From contig OZ076411.1 of NCBI GenBank assembly GCA_964187785.1, positions 24,118,001-24,182,000 on the forward strand: 64,000 bases of DNA. Direction: 5' to 3'. The notes beneath the pieces were generated by a model. That model ran no database searches. It was not told the DNA's origin and worked only from the letters and a program-made list of their open reading frames with translations. The translations under genes were made by a program, and so were the position numbers. Shown one piece after another: positions 13,700-25,549 of this stretch; the stretch's first letter is position 1; every line of letters begins with the position of its first letter. The stretch is from Amphiscolops sp. MND2022 (taxonomy: Eukaryota).

Positions 13700-14500
13700 T
13701 CAGTCAAGTCGTTTGACAATTCAGTTGATTCAGTTAGGAAGGTAGAGATGGTTAGCCTTTCTAAAGAGGCTCGTATTTTTCATGCGGAAGTCCACTTTTT
13801 TGCGTTCTGAACCAGAGAAAAATTTTCAAACGTTTTCATGCGTTCAATTGAAGTTGAACAACTATTGACATTCTCCGGATAGGATTATGTGTGTTTTGAT
13901 GGCTTCTGTTAGATTAAGTTTGGTAGAAAGCGACTGTTTGCCGTAAATGTCATTAGGGGAGGACAAACTTTGGATGTGTCATTGACCGGAATTGATTTTC
14001 TACCAGTCGTGACTGCTTTAACTTCGCCCCCATTTTTCGGACCTATGTTGCCAAGGATTTTTAAAGTTTCGGAATAATGTTACAAGCACCGGTACAGTCA
14101 CAGTTTGGATTATATCAGAAATTGAAGTTGATTCGTATCATTAGTTTTTGCAATTTGCCACGTCTATAAACGAAGGCAAGGAATCAATTACAGCCATTTT
14201 ATCCCTTCATTTCGAGGAAACCCTTGGTCAAAGACTCATTCACTGCATTTGGGAGAAGTTCGGCAACAGTTTCCACTATGAGAGAAAAAGGAAAGTCAAC
14301 CGATCTTCGCAGTTGTTGATGGAGACCTAATTGTTAACATCCAAATTGCACACCCAAGAGCTGGTAGGTTTTCATCCAAGCCATTCAACATCAGTGGCGC
14401 TCAAACGAACACACCTACGGTGAATACAGCCATTGAAAGAATCGCTGCTAATACCTGATTTGTAATCATTCTTGGCCTTCATGTACTCTGCAATACCTCA
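13700..14500 (+). mobile_element. Possible very decayed Gypsy protease/RT remnant
   Basis: Fragments LLTFSG (~13860) and PFNISGA (~14380) resemble post-protease and RT PFG motifs. Weak evidence. Confidence 0.3.
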
Positions 14501-15097
14501 GTGTTGCAGAGATGTAATTCATTTATTTATACTCTGAAGATGCTTTCCGTGAACAACGGATAAGTTTTCTCTGTTTGTTGTTCTAAAATATCAGAATTAT
14601 ATTCCGAATCTGTGTAACACTGTAGAAAACCAGCCCCGCGGTTTAAAAAGTAAAAGGCTTTTTGCTCGAACCGGGGCCCTTGAGGCATATGACTGTAGCT
14701 GATTACGTGACATCTTCGACGTGCCACAGTATATGGATTACAGATCCACCCAATTCAATGCCTAACTGTTGTGATGAACTGGTTGCATAGCTTCTGAGAT
14801 TGCAAAAACTTGAGACGACACAGACGTGTGAAAAAATTCTCTGGCACAGTGTCGTTAGTTTGTCGCTGCAGAAGGGCCGAAAGATCACACGAAACCCGGT
14901 GATTTTATTCTATTTCCCCATCAATTTTTTTAATGATCCAATTATAACCATACACCATGAAGTGAGCTGAGGGTTTGTTTCTTTGGGGGATGCTCGACAC
15001 ACACACATGTGTACGAAGTAGCACTTGGTGGGTCCGTACACGAAACGGGCACGAGGTGGGACGTACACAAAAACTTTGAACTTGGCCAATAATAATA

Positions 15098-15340
15098 CTT
15101 ATTGATATGCAATGGTGGGACCTTAACAAAAAATCGTTTTGGCGATTTTCAGCTATCAAGAACACTTATTGACATGCATTGGTGGGACCTTAACACAAAA
15201 TCTTTTCGGCGATTTTCAGCTATCAAGAATACTTATTGACATGCATTGGTGGGACCTTAACACAAAGTATTTCCCGCGATTTTCAGCTATCAAGAATACT
15301 TTTTGACATGCATTGGTGGGACCTTAACGCAAAATGTTTT
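15098..15340. repeat. 67-bp tandem repeat, ~3.6 copies
   Basis: Units start at 15098, 15165, 15232 and 15299 (cttattgacatgcattggtgggaccttaac...gattttcagctatcaagaata). Confidence 0.95.
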
Positions 15341-16845
15341 CTTAACGAATGAATTTCTGTCATGGAAGAGAGCAAAAAGACAACGAAATTGATTCGATGT
15401 TCAAAGAATGAGAGGGTGAACAGTCTTCGGACAAATATAAAATGGATCCAAAAGACTGATAATCATTGGTTTCAGTCAAAGTGACAGATAAAATTTCTCT
15501 GTAACTCCATATTTTTTTACCCCTTCTGAATAATTTTCATATACTTCACTATATACTGTACATATTTAGCTAGTTCTGTACTAGTTGACTGGTAAATTGA
15601 AAATCAGAGTCAGGGCAAATCTCGTATTCAGATGAAACAAGGTAATTACAACTCAAGTCAAATTTGAAATAATCTGGATTTGTTTGAGAAGTTCTCATAA
15701 TCCATACAGTTTTTTTGTTATCCTGTCACTGACATCTGATCTTTTCCTGGCGTCACTGATGGTCATGTTCCGTATTTTATCTAAAATATCCTGTCACTTT
15801 AAAGCATGGGCGTACTTTTTCATTGCCTCCAAACAAACTGCTCATCCAGGCAGTCGCCCTTGCATCATCTCTTCTCGAAATTGTCTCATTGGGCTTTTTT
15901 TAATCCAGCGGCAATGTTCGTCGTGTTGTACCAACAGGCTTCTTCTTACCACTAGTAGTTTTCTTACTAGTATTTATATTAGTCTTTTTGTTTCGATTCC
16001 TTTCGACGGTCGTATCAAATTCATTCGAAATATCACCCGTGTCATCATCGACTGTTCCGTGTGAGACACTGCATTAACTTCTCGAGGTTGAGGCGTTCAA
16101 GTTGGACTTTTTGTGTGAAAGGTATGCGCCATCACTGGATCTCGCTTGAGGTGTAGCGTCTTCGACTGTGGCTTCGTGATCCTTAACAAAAATAAAATTC
16201 CGATTACTGAAATGGAATACAACTGTTTTCACCTAAAAAACTTTTTGACTGTAATACAAAAGTTTCCAAGTTCTAGTTGTTCCGTCAAGAGCCGTATGAG
16301 CTGTTACTAATAAATAATAATGTTTTATCAATGTTCGAAGCACGAAAGCTAGTTTCAACTTCTTACAATACGAACAGCTTTGGGCAACTTGTAGTGACCA
16401 GCAACATTCGAGAAAGTTCGCAATGCAAAGGATTCACTGAAAGACTTATAACAATTATGCAGAAGTTGATAAATGTTGGAAGTTCGGTTGTTTCACCCAA
16501 TGTTTGGCTTTGTTTTTGTTAAAAAAAAAACATTTTCTTTTTTTAACGGAAGTAATTCCATTCTCATGCTTTCGGTAGTTTTAAAAAGAAAGCGACAGGA
16601 TAGAAAATAGGCCTGCATTGCTTGAGTGTAGCAACGGGATTGAGATGGATTTGTATTGCTTCAGTAGAAACATTATACGAAATAAACGAAGATCCAAATT
16701 ATCCAGATACGAGTCAAATGAAATTGACTGTACTGTTATCTGAAGTATTCGGAAGAACCTATGATGGGCTTTGTCAAAAGTAGGTAAGAAAGGAATATCT
16801 TTCCAGTTGATGACAGTTCCTGAATATGTTTGAGTTCCTTTTCCG

Positions 16846-17995
16846 ATGCGGCATGTTTTCTAGGAACAGTGAGCGACAGTGATGCTTCTGAGGAAACATT
16901 ACATGTAGTACTGTTTATTGCTTCCATCTTTACAAATCGACAATCAGGGTGGTTATTTTTGTGTTGAAAGATCTCAGAAAATAGTTGAAGCTGAAAAAAA
17001 CAAGGTCTCCAAATCAAACCCAAGAAACTTCAGAATTGTTCTTGGGTGATCTCACAAAGTAGCATTGATCTTTGATTTGATCTGCATTTCAAAAACTTGG
17101 CTCGGAGTTCGGATTTCCGACGGGAGACAAACTAGTTGTTCTCGGATCACCGCTAGGCGTAAAATCACAAGTATGTTTATAAAAAACGTTTGGAAAGAGA
17201 AGTGTTGGGCTAGAAAAAAGACGGAAGTTACTAAAACATGTAGCACAATACGGAACTTTCAGTTTTGACAAATGTTTCATGTCACCAAAGCTGTACTTAC
17301 TGCAAAACAGCTTGTGTTTCAGTCTCGAAACTCTTCTGCAGAATTTTGAGGACACTGTGATAGACGCACTTTCCAAAGTGTGCAACAAGACGTTCGACGA
17401 TAGTTCGAATGTTCAACTGATTTCACCAGCTGAATTCGTTGGTCTAGGGTTGTCATCCGTATCATTTTTAGCACTTCCTGCTTCCTGCTTCTCGGCCTCG
17501 GGTTTCTGTCAGCATTTTCTTCCAACAATTTGTTTAACGGAACGAGAAGGCTTTAGAAATGTTTGGTTGTTACAAACGAATAAACGAATAGGGGATTCCC
17601 ATTGATGGGATTCAGAGAAACTGGCCCCAACTCATGGTGCAGCGTACTCCTCAGAACTTGATATCTGGAATGGACACAAAACGATCGAGAAGTTTCAACG
17701 CTCATTTAGGTAAAATTGAGTCGTAGTGGTTGAACGTCGTTCCCTTCAAAAACCTAGGCCTGAATTTTATTGATCAACAGCTGCGGTTGTTTAATAATGT
17801 ACGCCTTTCAGCAAACAATTGTGTAGCACACACATGCCTTTGTGGGTAGCTGGACGAAAGGGACTGTTTACGTGATCTTTTTTGCAACAAAAATGCGTGT
17901 CGCGTCTCGCGTGAAGCCAATCGTAACTCACTCGTAATGAAGGTGTTCGTTGGGTTCTCTTGACGTGCCTTCAATGTTGTTACACCACTTCTTCG
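16846..17995 (+). mobile_element. CRE-like (RLE-type) non-LTR retrotransposon fragment, copy 1
   Basis: VLGSPLG, SPKLYLLQNSLCFS and VGLGLSSVSFLALPA (ORF 17279..17605) are RT C-terminal motifs of RLE-type LINEs. Sequence is colinear with 18990-20010. Confidence 0.7.
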
Positions 17996-18000
17996 AAATT

Positions 18001-18228
18001 AATACTATAAAGTAGTCAGCTATGTTCACATGCTCCTAGTTCCTTGAATGCAGGTGCGAAATGAAGCGGAACGACGTGCCATATGGCCATGTCTCGAGGT
18101 TGATACTTGGCGAAGGTAACAATAACGAACCGAGCTCGATATGATTGTGAGAAAATACAGGACTCGAACCTGCATCTGGAGACAGATCCAGCTAGCTGTC
18201 AAGCGTCTTAACCATTAGACCTAACGGC
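18001..18228 (-). mobile_element. tRNA(Ser/Leu)-derived SINE
   Basis: Minus strand reads GCCGTTAGGTCTAATGGTTAAG (A box), a long variable-arm hairpin ATCTG-TCTC-CAGAT, and GCAGGTTCGAGTCCTG (B box/T arm). The acceptor stem is unpaired. A conserved core and the GCTGACTAC tail follow. Confidence 0.8.
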
Positions 18229-18279
18229 TTACCTAATCTCACCAATCATTCGACTTATCACTAACAACGCCGTTGGTAC

Positions 18280-18450
18280 CAGGGTTTTCGAAAAATAGTC
18301 AAGAATCGAGACCGGAAATCGAGAAAGGCCAAATCGAGACAGAATCGAGAAAGTCCAAATTGAGACGAGAATCGAGAGTGATTCTAGTCGAGAATCGAGA
18401 ATCGAGACACAGTTCGAGATTTTTGTTCAATATTTTTTATATCTACATCT
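18280..18450. mobile_element. Left end of a non-autonomous hAT element with GAATCGAGA subterminal repeats
   Basis: Starts CAGGGTTTTCG directly after GTTGGTAC, the same flank as the 20585 copy. Multiple aatcgaga repeats. No right TIR seen. Confidence 0.65.
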
Positions 18451-18689
18451 ACACGTTTCGGGTCAGAATTATAATTGCTGTAGACAAGTGTGCTGACTTC
18501 ACTGTCGACATTCACGCAGCATTCGTGCTGAAACTGCTCAATTTCAAATGGCAACACTTTACGTCGACTGTCTGCGAAATGGTTACCACATTTTTGATTG
18601 GAAACAATAGAGGTACAGGATTCGTCACACGTTGGTACTAAGGGCGTGCCTAATTGGCATCACACAATTTTCGTATATCAGTTGAAAGT

Positions 18690-20190
18690 CCTCAGATGAA
18701 AACATCATGCTTAAGATAGATTTTGAAAATGCTTTCAACTGTAATAACAGACAGTTTGTTGAAAAAACCCTTGACATCCAATAAAAGCACATAGTCAGTC
18801 AAGTCGCCTTTTTTTACTGTGCAGCGGTATTGAAGTCTTATGAAGGAGCCCAGCAAAGAGGTCCTGAATTTCCTGTTTTCTTTCTGACGTAACTCAAGAC
18901 TTCGTAGACATGGAAATTAAAATCTTATGGTACCTGGATGACAAAACCTGCATTGACAATTACCAAATTGTATTGAAAGTTCTAAGAAAAAAGTTGAAGC
19001 CGAAAAAAAACAAGGTTTCCAAATCAAATACTGGAAACGTCAGAATTGTTTTTGAGTGATCTCACCGAGTAGCATTGATTTTTGCTTTGATCCGCCTTTC
19101 AAAAAGTTGGCTCTTAGTTAGTAGTTCCGAAGGGAGACGAACTAGTTGTTCTCGGATCACCGCTAGGCGTAAAATCACAAGTATTTTGTTGAAAACCTTT
19201 TTGAAATCAAAGTGTTGAGCTGGAAGAATGACAGAAATTACTAAAACTTTTAGCGCAAAACAGAACTTTCAATTTTTTAAAATGTTTCAGGTTACCAAAT
19301 CTGTACTTACTGCGAACCAGCTTGTGTTTCAGTTTCGAAACTCTTCTGCAGCATTTTGAGAAAACTGTGAGAGACGGGCATAGTAAAGTGTGCAACAAGA
19401 CGTTCGACGATAGTTCGATTGTTCAGCTGACTTCACCAGCTGGAAAAGTTGGTCTAGGGTTGTCATCCGTATCATTCTTAGCACTTCCTGCTTCCTGTTT
19501 TTCGGCCTCGCCTTTCTGTGAGCATTTTTTTCCAACAATTTGAATAACAGAAAACCTTCCAAGAATTTTCGTTCACGAGAAGGCTTTAGAAATGTTTGGT
19601 TGTTACGAACGTACAAGAGATTCCTATCGATGGGATTCAGAGAAACTGGCCCCAACCCATGGTGCAGCGTACTCCTCAGGACTTGATATCTGAAATGGAC
19701 ACGAAACGATCGAGAAGTTTCAACGCTCATTAAGGTAAAATTGAGTCGTAGTGGTTGAACGTCGTTCCCTGCAAAAACCTAGGCCTGAAGTTTATTGATC
19801 AACAGCTACGGTTGTTTATTAATGTACGCCTTTCAGCAAACAATTGTGTAGCACACACATGCCTTTGTGGGTAGCTGGACGAAAGGGACTGTTTACGTGA
19901 TCTTTTTTGCAACAAAAATGTGTGTCGCGTCTCGCGTGAAGCCAATCGTAACTCACTCGTAATGAAGGTGTTCGTTGGGTTCTCTTGACGTGCCTTCAAG
20001 GTTGTTACACCATGGACTGTACCCAACGGCCTACAAACGCCTAGACGGTGATCTCATTATTCTTCAGAAGTGGGCGAATTGTTGGTACGGATGTCACGGT
20101 TTTCGATGTCCTTGCACTCGATTCAGCCTTCTTGGGAAAAACTGGAAGTACGCCACCGATGCAGAAACACGAAAGGTAGATTTTTCACTC
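18690..20190 (+). mobile_element. CRE-like non-LTR retrotransposon: RT plus restriction-like endonuclease, decayed
   Basis: IDFENAFN (~18715), GAQQRG (~18845), WYLDD (~18930), GLGLSSVSFLALPA (ORF 19322..19543) and KRLDG (ORF 19975..20211; RPDG-type RLE motif). Confidence 0.8.
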
Positions 20191-20344
20191 GGCGTTAAGT
20201 CATTCGGCTGAAGTCATTTAGCCTAATGCATTTGATCACTTGGACTAATTTTCTAAAGCCAACCGTCTTGGGCAAAGGGTAACTTGGTTTAAAACCGTTC
20301 GGCTTAAAATCCTTAATGTGAAAACAAAGTGCACATTTCTTCGA

Positions 20345-20540
20345 AATTAATACTATAAAGTAGTCAGCTATGTTCAAATGCTCCTCGTTCCCTGAATGCA
20401 GCTGCGAAATGAAGCGGGATGACGTGCCATATGGCCATGTCTCGAGGTTGAAACTTGGCGAAGGTAACAAAGCCGAGCTCGATATGATTTTTCGAACCTG
20501 CATCTCGTGACAGATCCAGCTAGCAGTCAACGCTTACCTA
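20345..20540 (-). mobile_element. Second copy of the tRNA-derived SINE (A-box region deleted)
   Basis: Near-identical to 18001-18228. Retains ttcgaacctgcatct but lacks the accattagacc segment. Confidence 0.75.
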
Positions 20541-20584
20541 ATCTCACCAATCATTCGACTTATCACTAACAACGTCGTTGGTAC

Positions 20585-21044
20585 CAGAGTTTCCGAGAAA
20601 GAGTCGAGAATCGAGACAAGGAATGGAGAGTGACTTTAGTCGAGAATCGAGAAACGAGAAACGAGACACAGTTCGAGGTTTTTTTCCAAAGTTTTTATAT
20701 CTACATCTTTAAGTTTTTGCCCTAACACACGTGACACGTCCACACAATACCAGATATATAACAGGATTGTTTTACGAGTTTGTAAGTGCTAAAAAATTTT
20801 TTCTCCAAGATTCTTTCGTAGCTAGAGTTCCATTTATGTTCATTGTCACATCGTTTTTATCACAAAAAAGGATAATTGTCTCAGAAAATATTGATTCGAA
20901 AGTCGGGAAATTGATCCAAGAAAGAGGATTTGTTCGGGATCGAAAATCGAGAATAGCCTTTTTTTGGAGGTCGAGATCGAGAATCGAGAAATTGAACGTC
21001 CAACGAGATTCGAGCGTTAGCAAGTCGAGATCTCGAAATCTCTG
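20585..21044. mobile_element. Complete 460-bp non-autonomous hAT element
   Basis: 8-bp TSD GTTGGTAC at 20577-20584 and 21045-21052. Imperfect TIRs CAGAGTTTCCGAGA / CAGAGATTTCGAGA. GAATCGAGA subterminal repeats at both ends. Confidence 0.9.
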
Positions 21045-21374
21045 GTTGGTACAGAGCGAAACAACCGATTCATACAACAAATGTGCTGAACATTCCGTAA
21101 TTTTTTTTCGTGTTTTTAACACTTCGTTGAAAATTCAATTAAACTTAATTCAGTTGTTTCTAACCATTGCTCGAGTTAGAATGGACTTGGTTCGATTTTG
21201 TGGCCATTTGAGTTCAAATTATTAGGCGAAGTGAATCGAGGGTAAATTTGGGCTAATTGACTTTAGGCCAAGTGACTTGTAACCCACCGAAGCTTAACAA
21301 GTATCAGGGATTGATTGACAACGGATACATCTTTCAAGTGAGCACAATTTACGATCTAAGGAATAACACCGAAA

Positions 21375-21850
21375 CGCAATTCTGTAACTAAGATCTAAAA
21401 ACTAAGATCTAATTGTCATTTTTTGTAACTAAGATCTAGAGAGTGCCAGCTCCGGAATCATAACCTAAGTCTGAACTTAAAAGATTATTCCGTTCTTTAC
21501 TAGACATTATTCCCACTTTTTGTTTTTAATCCCAGTTTGGAATTGTTGATTTGAAGTATAAAACGTGCCTTGGATATGTCCCCATTTCCTCTAGTGCCCC
21601 GTGGTCCCTTGGCGCTGCTCATGTTCCCATCTTGCTAAGTGAGGTCCAACAGGAGCAAAGACTTAGCGGGAAGGGAGATCGCAAAGCGATTGTAGTTGGA
21701 GCTGGTCTTTGCGACGGTGAGGGCGAGCGTTTATACACCGGATATGCCCCCACATTATTCCTTTTAGACGTAATTTTTGTTCAATTCAGACCTTAGTTAC
21801 GGTGCATGCTTTTTAAATCTTAGTTCTTTAGATCTTAGTTACGAAATTTC
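21375..21850. mobile_element. Inverted-repeat element with TAACTAAGATCT arms
   Basis: gtaactaagatcta repeats at 21384-21440 are mirrored by tagatcttagttac at 21790-21842. Confidence 0.6.
21572..21751. repeat. ~180-bp GC-rich structured repeat, copy 1 (decayed)
   Basis: Colinear with 37422-37600. Bounded by direct repeats ggatatgtcccc / ggatatgcccc. Confidence 0.75.
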
Positions 21851-22041
21851 TTCAGATCTTTTTCATAGACATTAGTTATGGTCCCCATCTTTGAACTGGT
21901 GGTACTGGAAGCAAATGGTTCTTCAGGTGAAAGTAGTGAAACCTTCATAACGCACCTGTGAACAGCTCGTTGTTCGCACGATGATCAACGAGTCGCTAGT
22001 TTTTGGAAAAACGTATCTCAATGGCTATACAGAATGGCAAT

Positions 22042-22480
22042 GCGGCATGTTTTCTAGGAACAGTGAGCGACAGTGATGCTTCTGAGGAAACATTACATGT
22101 AGTACTGTTTGTTGCTTCAATCTTTGCAACTCGACACTCAGGGTGGTTATTTTTGTGTTGAATGATCTCAGAAAAAAACTGAAGCAGGAAAAACAAGGTC
22201 TCCAAATCAATCACTAGAAACGTCAGATAAGTTCTTGGGTGATCTTACCGAGTAGCACTGATCTTTGATTTGATCTGCATTTCAAAAAGTTGGCTTGGAG
22301 TTCGGACTTCCAACTTTCGAGAATTTTCAACGCTCGTCAAGGTAAAATTGAGTCGCAGTGGTGGAACGTCGTTCCCTGTAAAAAACTGGCCGGAAGTTCA
22401 ATGATCAGCAGCTAAGGGTTTTAATTAATGTACGCCTTGAAGCACACAATTGTGTAGCACACACATGTCACTGTGGGTAT
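22042..22480 (+). mobile_element. Third, internally deleted copy of the CRE-like segment
   Basis: 22042-22320 matches 16846-17120, then jumps to sequence matching ~17690-17835. Confidence 0.7.
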
Positions 22481-22499
22481 GTCAGAACCATCTTCATCA

Positions 22500-23130
22500 C
22501 CACTTTGCCTAGACTTCACTGAACTCTCTATATGATGATTTTGTCGGTTACTACTCATTGCTACTCATCTAGGGACGTCCTTCTTGGCATCCTGGCCCGC
22601 TTTACCAGCACCTTCCTCGTGCGGTCCATTTGACCAAAGGTCCCTTTGCGGACTTACTTGACTAAAAGTACCTAGATGCGGTCCATCTGACCGAAGGTCT
22701 AACTTTGTATTTTCGGCTGATTTTTGACTTCCCAGTGTGTTTTTGATGCTAGGATTAACCCTTTGTTCAATTGCTGAGTCAATTATGTTTACAATGCGTG
22801 AATTTAGATTTGATTTCATTTCTTCTAGTATTCTAGACATTTGTGAGGAGATATCTGAATTTATTGCTCTACTGGTCTCAGTTGTAGTTTCACTATTTTC
22901 ACTCAAATTGGTTTCTAGCAGTGACCCAAAGCTTCCCATAATCGCAATCGTTTCCTTTTGCGATCTCCTTGAGTCTAGGTCAAAATCTGCATCACTAACA
23001 TTTTCATCTCTAACTTGATCGCTCTCCTGATAATTATCTAACATCATATCTCATATTTCAATATCGGACATCTTGTCAGATTGTCTTGAACGCTGTTCTC
23101 TAGCTTCCTGTTTTCTAGGTGAAGGCTATT
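22500..23130 (-). pseudogene. Gag-like N-terminal ORF remnant
   Basis: PSPRKQEAREQRSR (~23080-23125) followed by ORF 22565..23047 with helical SSQMSRILEEMKSNLNSRIVNIIDSAIEQRV. Assignment is by layout only. Confidence 0.4.
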
Positions 23131-23859
23131 TAATGAGAATTTGCGTTTTAGCAGTCAATTGTACAACAAGTTGAACTTTCACAGTAAAGTGTGGGTATCG
23201 TTGCAACATTATTGAATGAATCTCCGAACATCAAATCCTTCGTATATATACTTTTATCACCATGACACCAAATAGTTCGAGTGTCATCGGGTAAAAATAG
23301 AAATGATGTCATCAATAGAATAGCAACAACCGAACCATGACATAAAATTTGCAATAAATAGAAAAGAGGGTAACCAAAACTTGACGTCATTTGTCCTCTA
23401 ACTTATAAATAGAGGCAACAACAAATTGATATTAACGATGACATGCAAACAGCAACTTTTCATGCATCTGAGAGTATTATTTGGCTTTCACTAGCTAGCT
23501 GGACCTAACGTCCGCTTGACTGCATCGTAATACTATTCGCGCAGTTTGATTGGTCAAATGTAATTTGGACAACGCGTCAATTCGACTGCAACGCTGTGCT
23601 AGTTGAACGCGTTTCCTTAACCTTTACCAGTTTGTTACATTATTCAGTTGATTTCTAATCTACAATTCTAAACTGCAACAAGCAATCAATCGTATAATTG
23701 TATGGTTCTCAATAGACAAAATGTAAATCACGGTTACTACGTATCAGTATGCAAAAGAAGAAAAAAAGTAAATGATAGCAGTCAAACCAACTTTCGGTCA
23801 AAGTGATGAAATAATTGCACTTTCTAGTTAAATTGAGCGCCAAAACAAACAGTAATCGC

Positions 23860-24900
23860 TAATATGTTACAAAAGGTTTGAGTTTTTTATTATATTGGTG
23901 AGACTCCCGGTCCAGGAAGATTGAAGTTGTCTTCTGGGGTGACTTGATACAGTAGGACATTGCAGGCGGCAGTCTGCGACACTCCCCTGGGACAAGAATG
24001 AAGGACCCAGCCTTCATTCCCGCTTCATTTGCATTTCGTTTGGCCATGGTCATCTCATAAGTCTCACCTTGAGGATGTGTGCTTTCCAATTACCCGAGTG
24101 TGATCTCTTTAATTGCTGGGTAAATTTTGCCGCACACAATGCATCCTGTTTGATAAACGTCATTCGATTGACTGCAATTCCCAGTCACGCTTATTCCTAG
24201 TCCAGTGATATGTGGGTTTTTTGTCCAACTATCTTCAGCGTATGATTAGTAGACATCATGGCGAAAATCGCATGTAGGTCGCTGGTCAACAAGCGGTGTG
24301 ACATGGGAGATTCCAACACTGGGTCAATTTGACCACAGTGAGCAGGTTGGTGATTACTAGCTGATTGCCCATAATTTGAGGGGGTTGGACTACCAATTAA
24401 CCAGTCAGTGAATTTGACGGGTCGAAAAAAGTGCTTGCTGATTCAACTAGTTCGCTGTTCGGCACGCTAAGATCGTCGAGACATTCTGTAATTTCCGCGG
24501 TCATAGCTCGCCTTGCTGTTTTAGGGAGGAAATTAAGGACTAATGCAATAACAAGCCAAAACCTGAGTATCGTCATCATCACTCTCAGAATTCAGTACAC
24601 CTCTGGTTGAAGTTATGGAATCAACATTCATGTCTTCGTCAGATGATTGGTAACTCAACTCCACTAGTGATCTTGGATAAAGTTCGCTGCCGAAATGCAA
24701 CGCCATTCCACAAGTATATTGTCGAAGAAATACCTTTTTCGCACTTTTGCTTTTGGGAAAGTTAAGCGACTGATTATCAGAATGATAGTATTATAAGTAA
24801 ACTTCTGCGGTCTATCTGACCTTATCTCCCCAATCATGTCTTCAGCTCTTCTTTTTTTTAAGGTTTCATTCATTTTTGGTTTCGTTGGATAATTTTCAAG
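23860..24900 (-). pseudogene. Uncharacterised disrupted ORF remnants, probably TE accessory
   Basis: Broken reading frames, including a CIVCGK motif (~24130-24150) and ORFs 24397..24582 and 24664..24873. Confidence 0.25.
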
Positions 24901-25549
24901 CAGTTTATCAACAGATGTTGTTAATTGCCTCTTGAGAGTGTTTTACTGAATTCTTCAAAGGCGTCACTTGACGTGATAAGTGTGATGGTTGTTAATTCTC
25001 TGTCAACAAATTTCTTCAAAGACCGTCAGTCAGTTCGACGGCATCAACGCCAACAGCCAATCATAGTGCATGATGATAGTAGTAACATGAAATGGCTGGT
25101 AGAGATGACTAGTTTGAAATAGTATGACTAATAGTGAAAAGGTAGTTACATAAAAAGTAAATATTAGGTAAGAAAATTGTTCCATGTACTTCACTGGCGG
25201 GTTCAGTGACAAGGAAAATTCCATTCGATATACGCTAATATAAATGTCTTCGATGTTAATACTTTGCTTGTAGCCACGACGTCCATAGTTATTAAATATT
25301 AATTACATGGTAATTAGTAAGTAAGTGGTCCGGCTCTGGTTGAACCAAATTATCATGAGAGTAAAAATCCATATATATTGTGTGAATTAAGGGTAGTAAA
25401 GCGAGGCGATTTAGTTGACTTGTGGTCATAATAACGATGTAAAGTGTTAATAATGTGTATTGTGTACTAGTTAGTATCCCGTCCTATTAACTCAAGGTCA
25501 ATTTGCTTCCATCTCTAACAATCGAACACAATTGGTCCGATTATTAATC

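Larger units (their letters stand above)
20190..21285. mobile_element. MITE-like element with AGTCACTTGGC-type subterminal repeats, containing a nested SINE and hAT MITE
   Basis: Left arm has aagtcattcggc/gatcacttgg repeats. Right arm ends gccaagtgacttgtaaccc, like the 37195-37751 element. Left boundary is approximate. Confidence 0.5.

Noticed and set aside
15098-15340. CRISPR array
   Set aside because: The variable part is only ~12 nt and the variants are related to each other. The context is eukaryotic and there are no cas genes.
17065-17268. DLICISKTWL as an APE endonuclease motif
   Set aside because: Another frame at the same place gives the LGSPLG RT-thumb motif of the RLE-type LINE, so the resemblance is probably coincidental.
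18150-18228. Functional tRNA-Ser/Leu gene
   Set aside because: The acceptor stem cannot pair, the anticodon arm is irregular, and it is fused to a repeated SINE body.
18273-21225. ORFs 18273..18641, 20731..21225 and 20772..21122
   Set aside because: They are translations of GAATCGAGA subterminal repeats of non-autonomous hAT elements.
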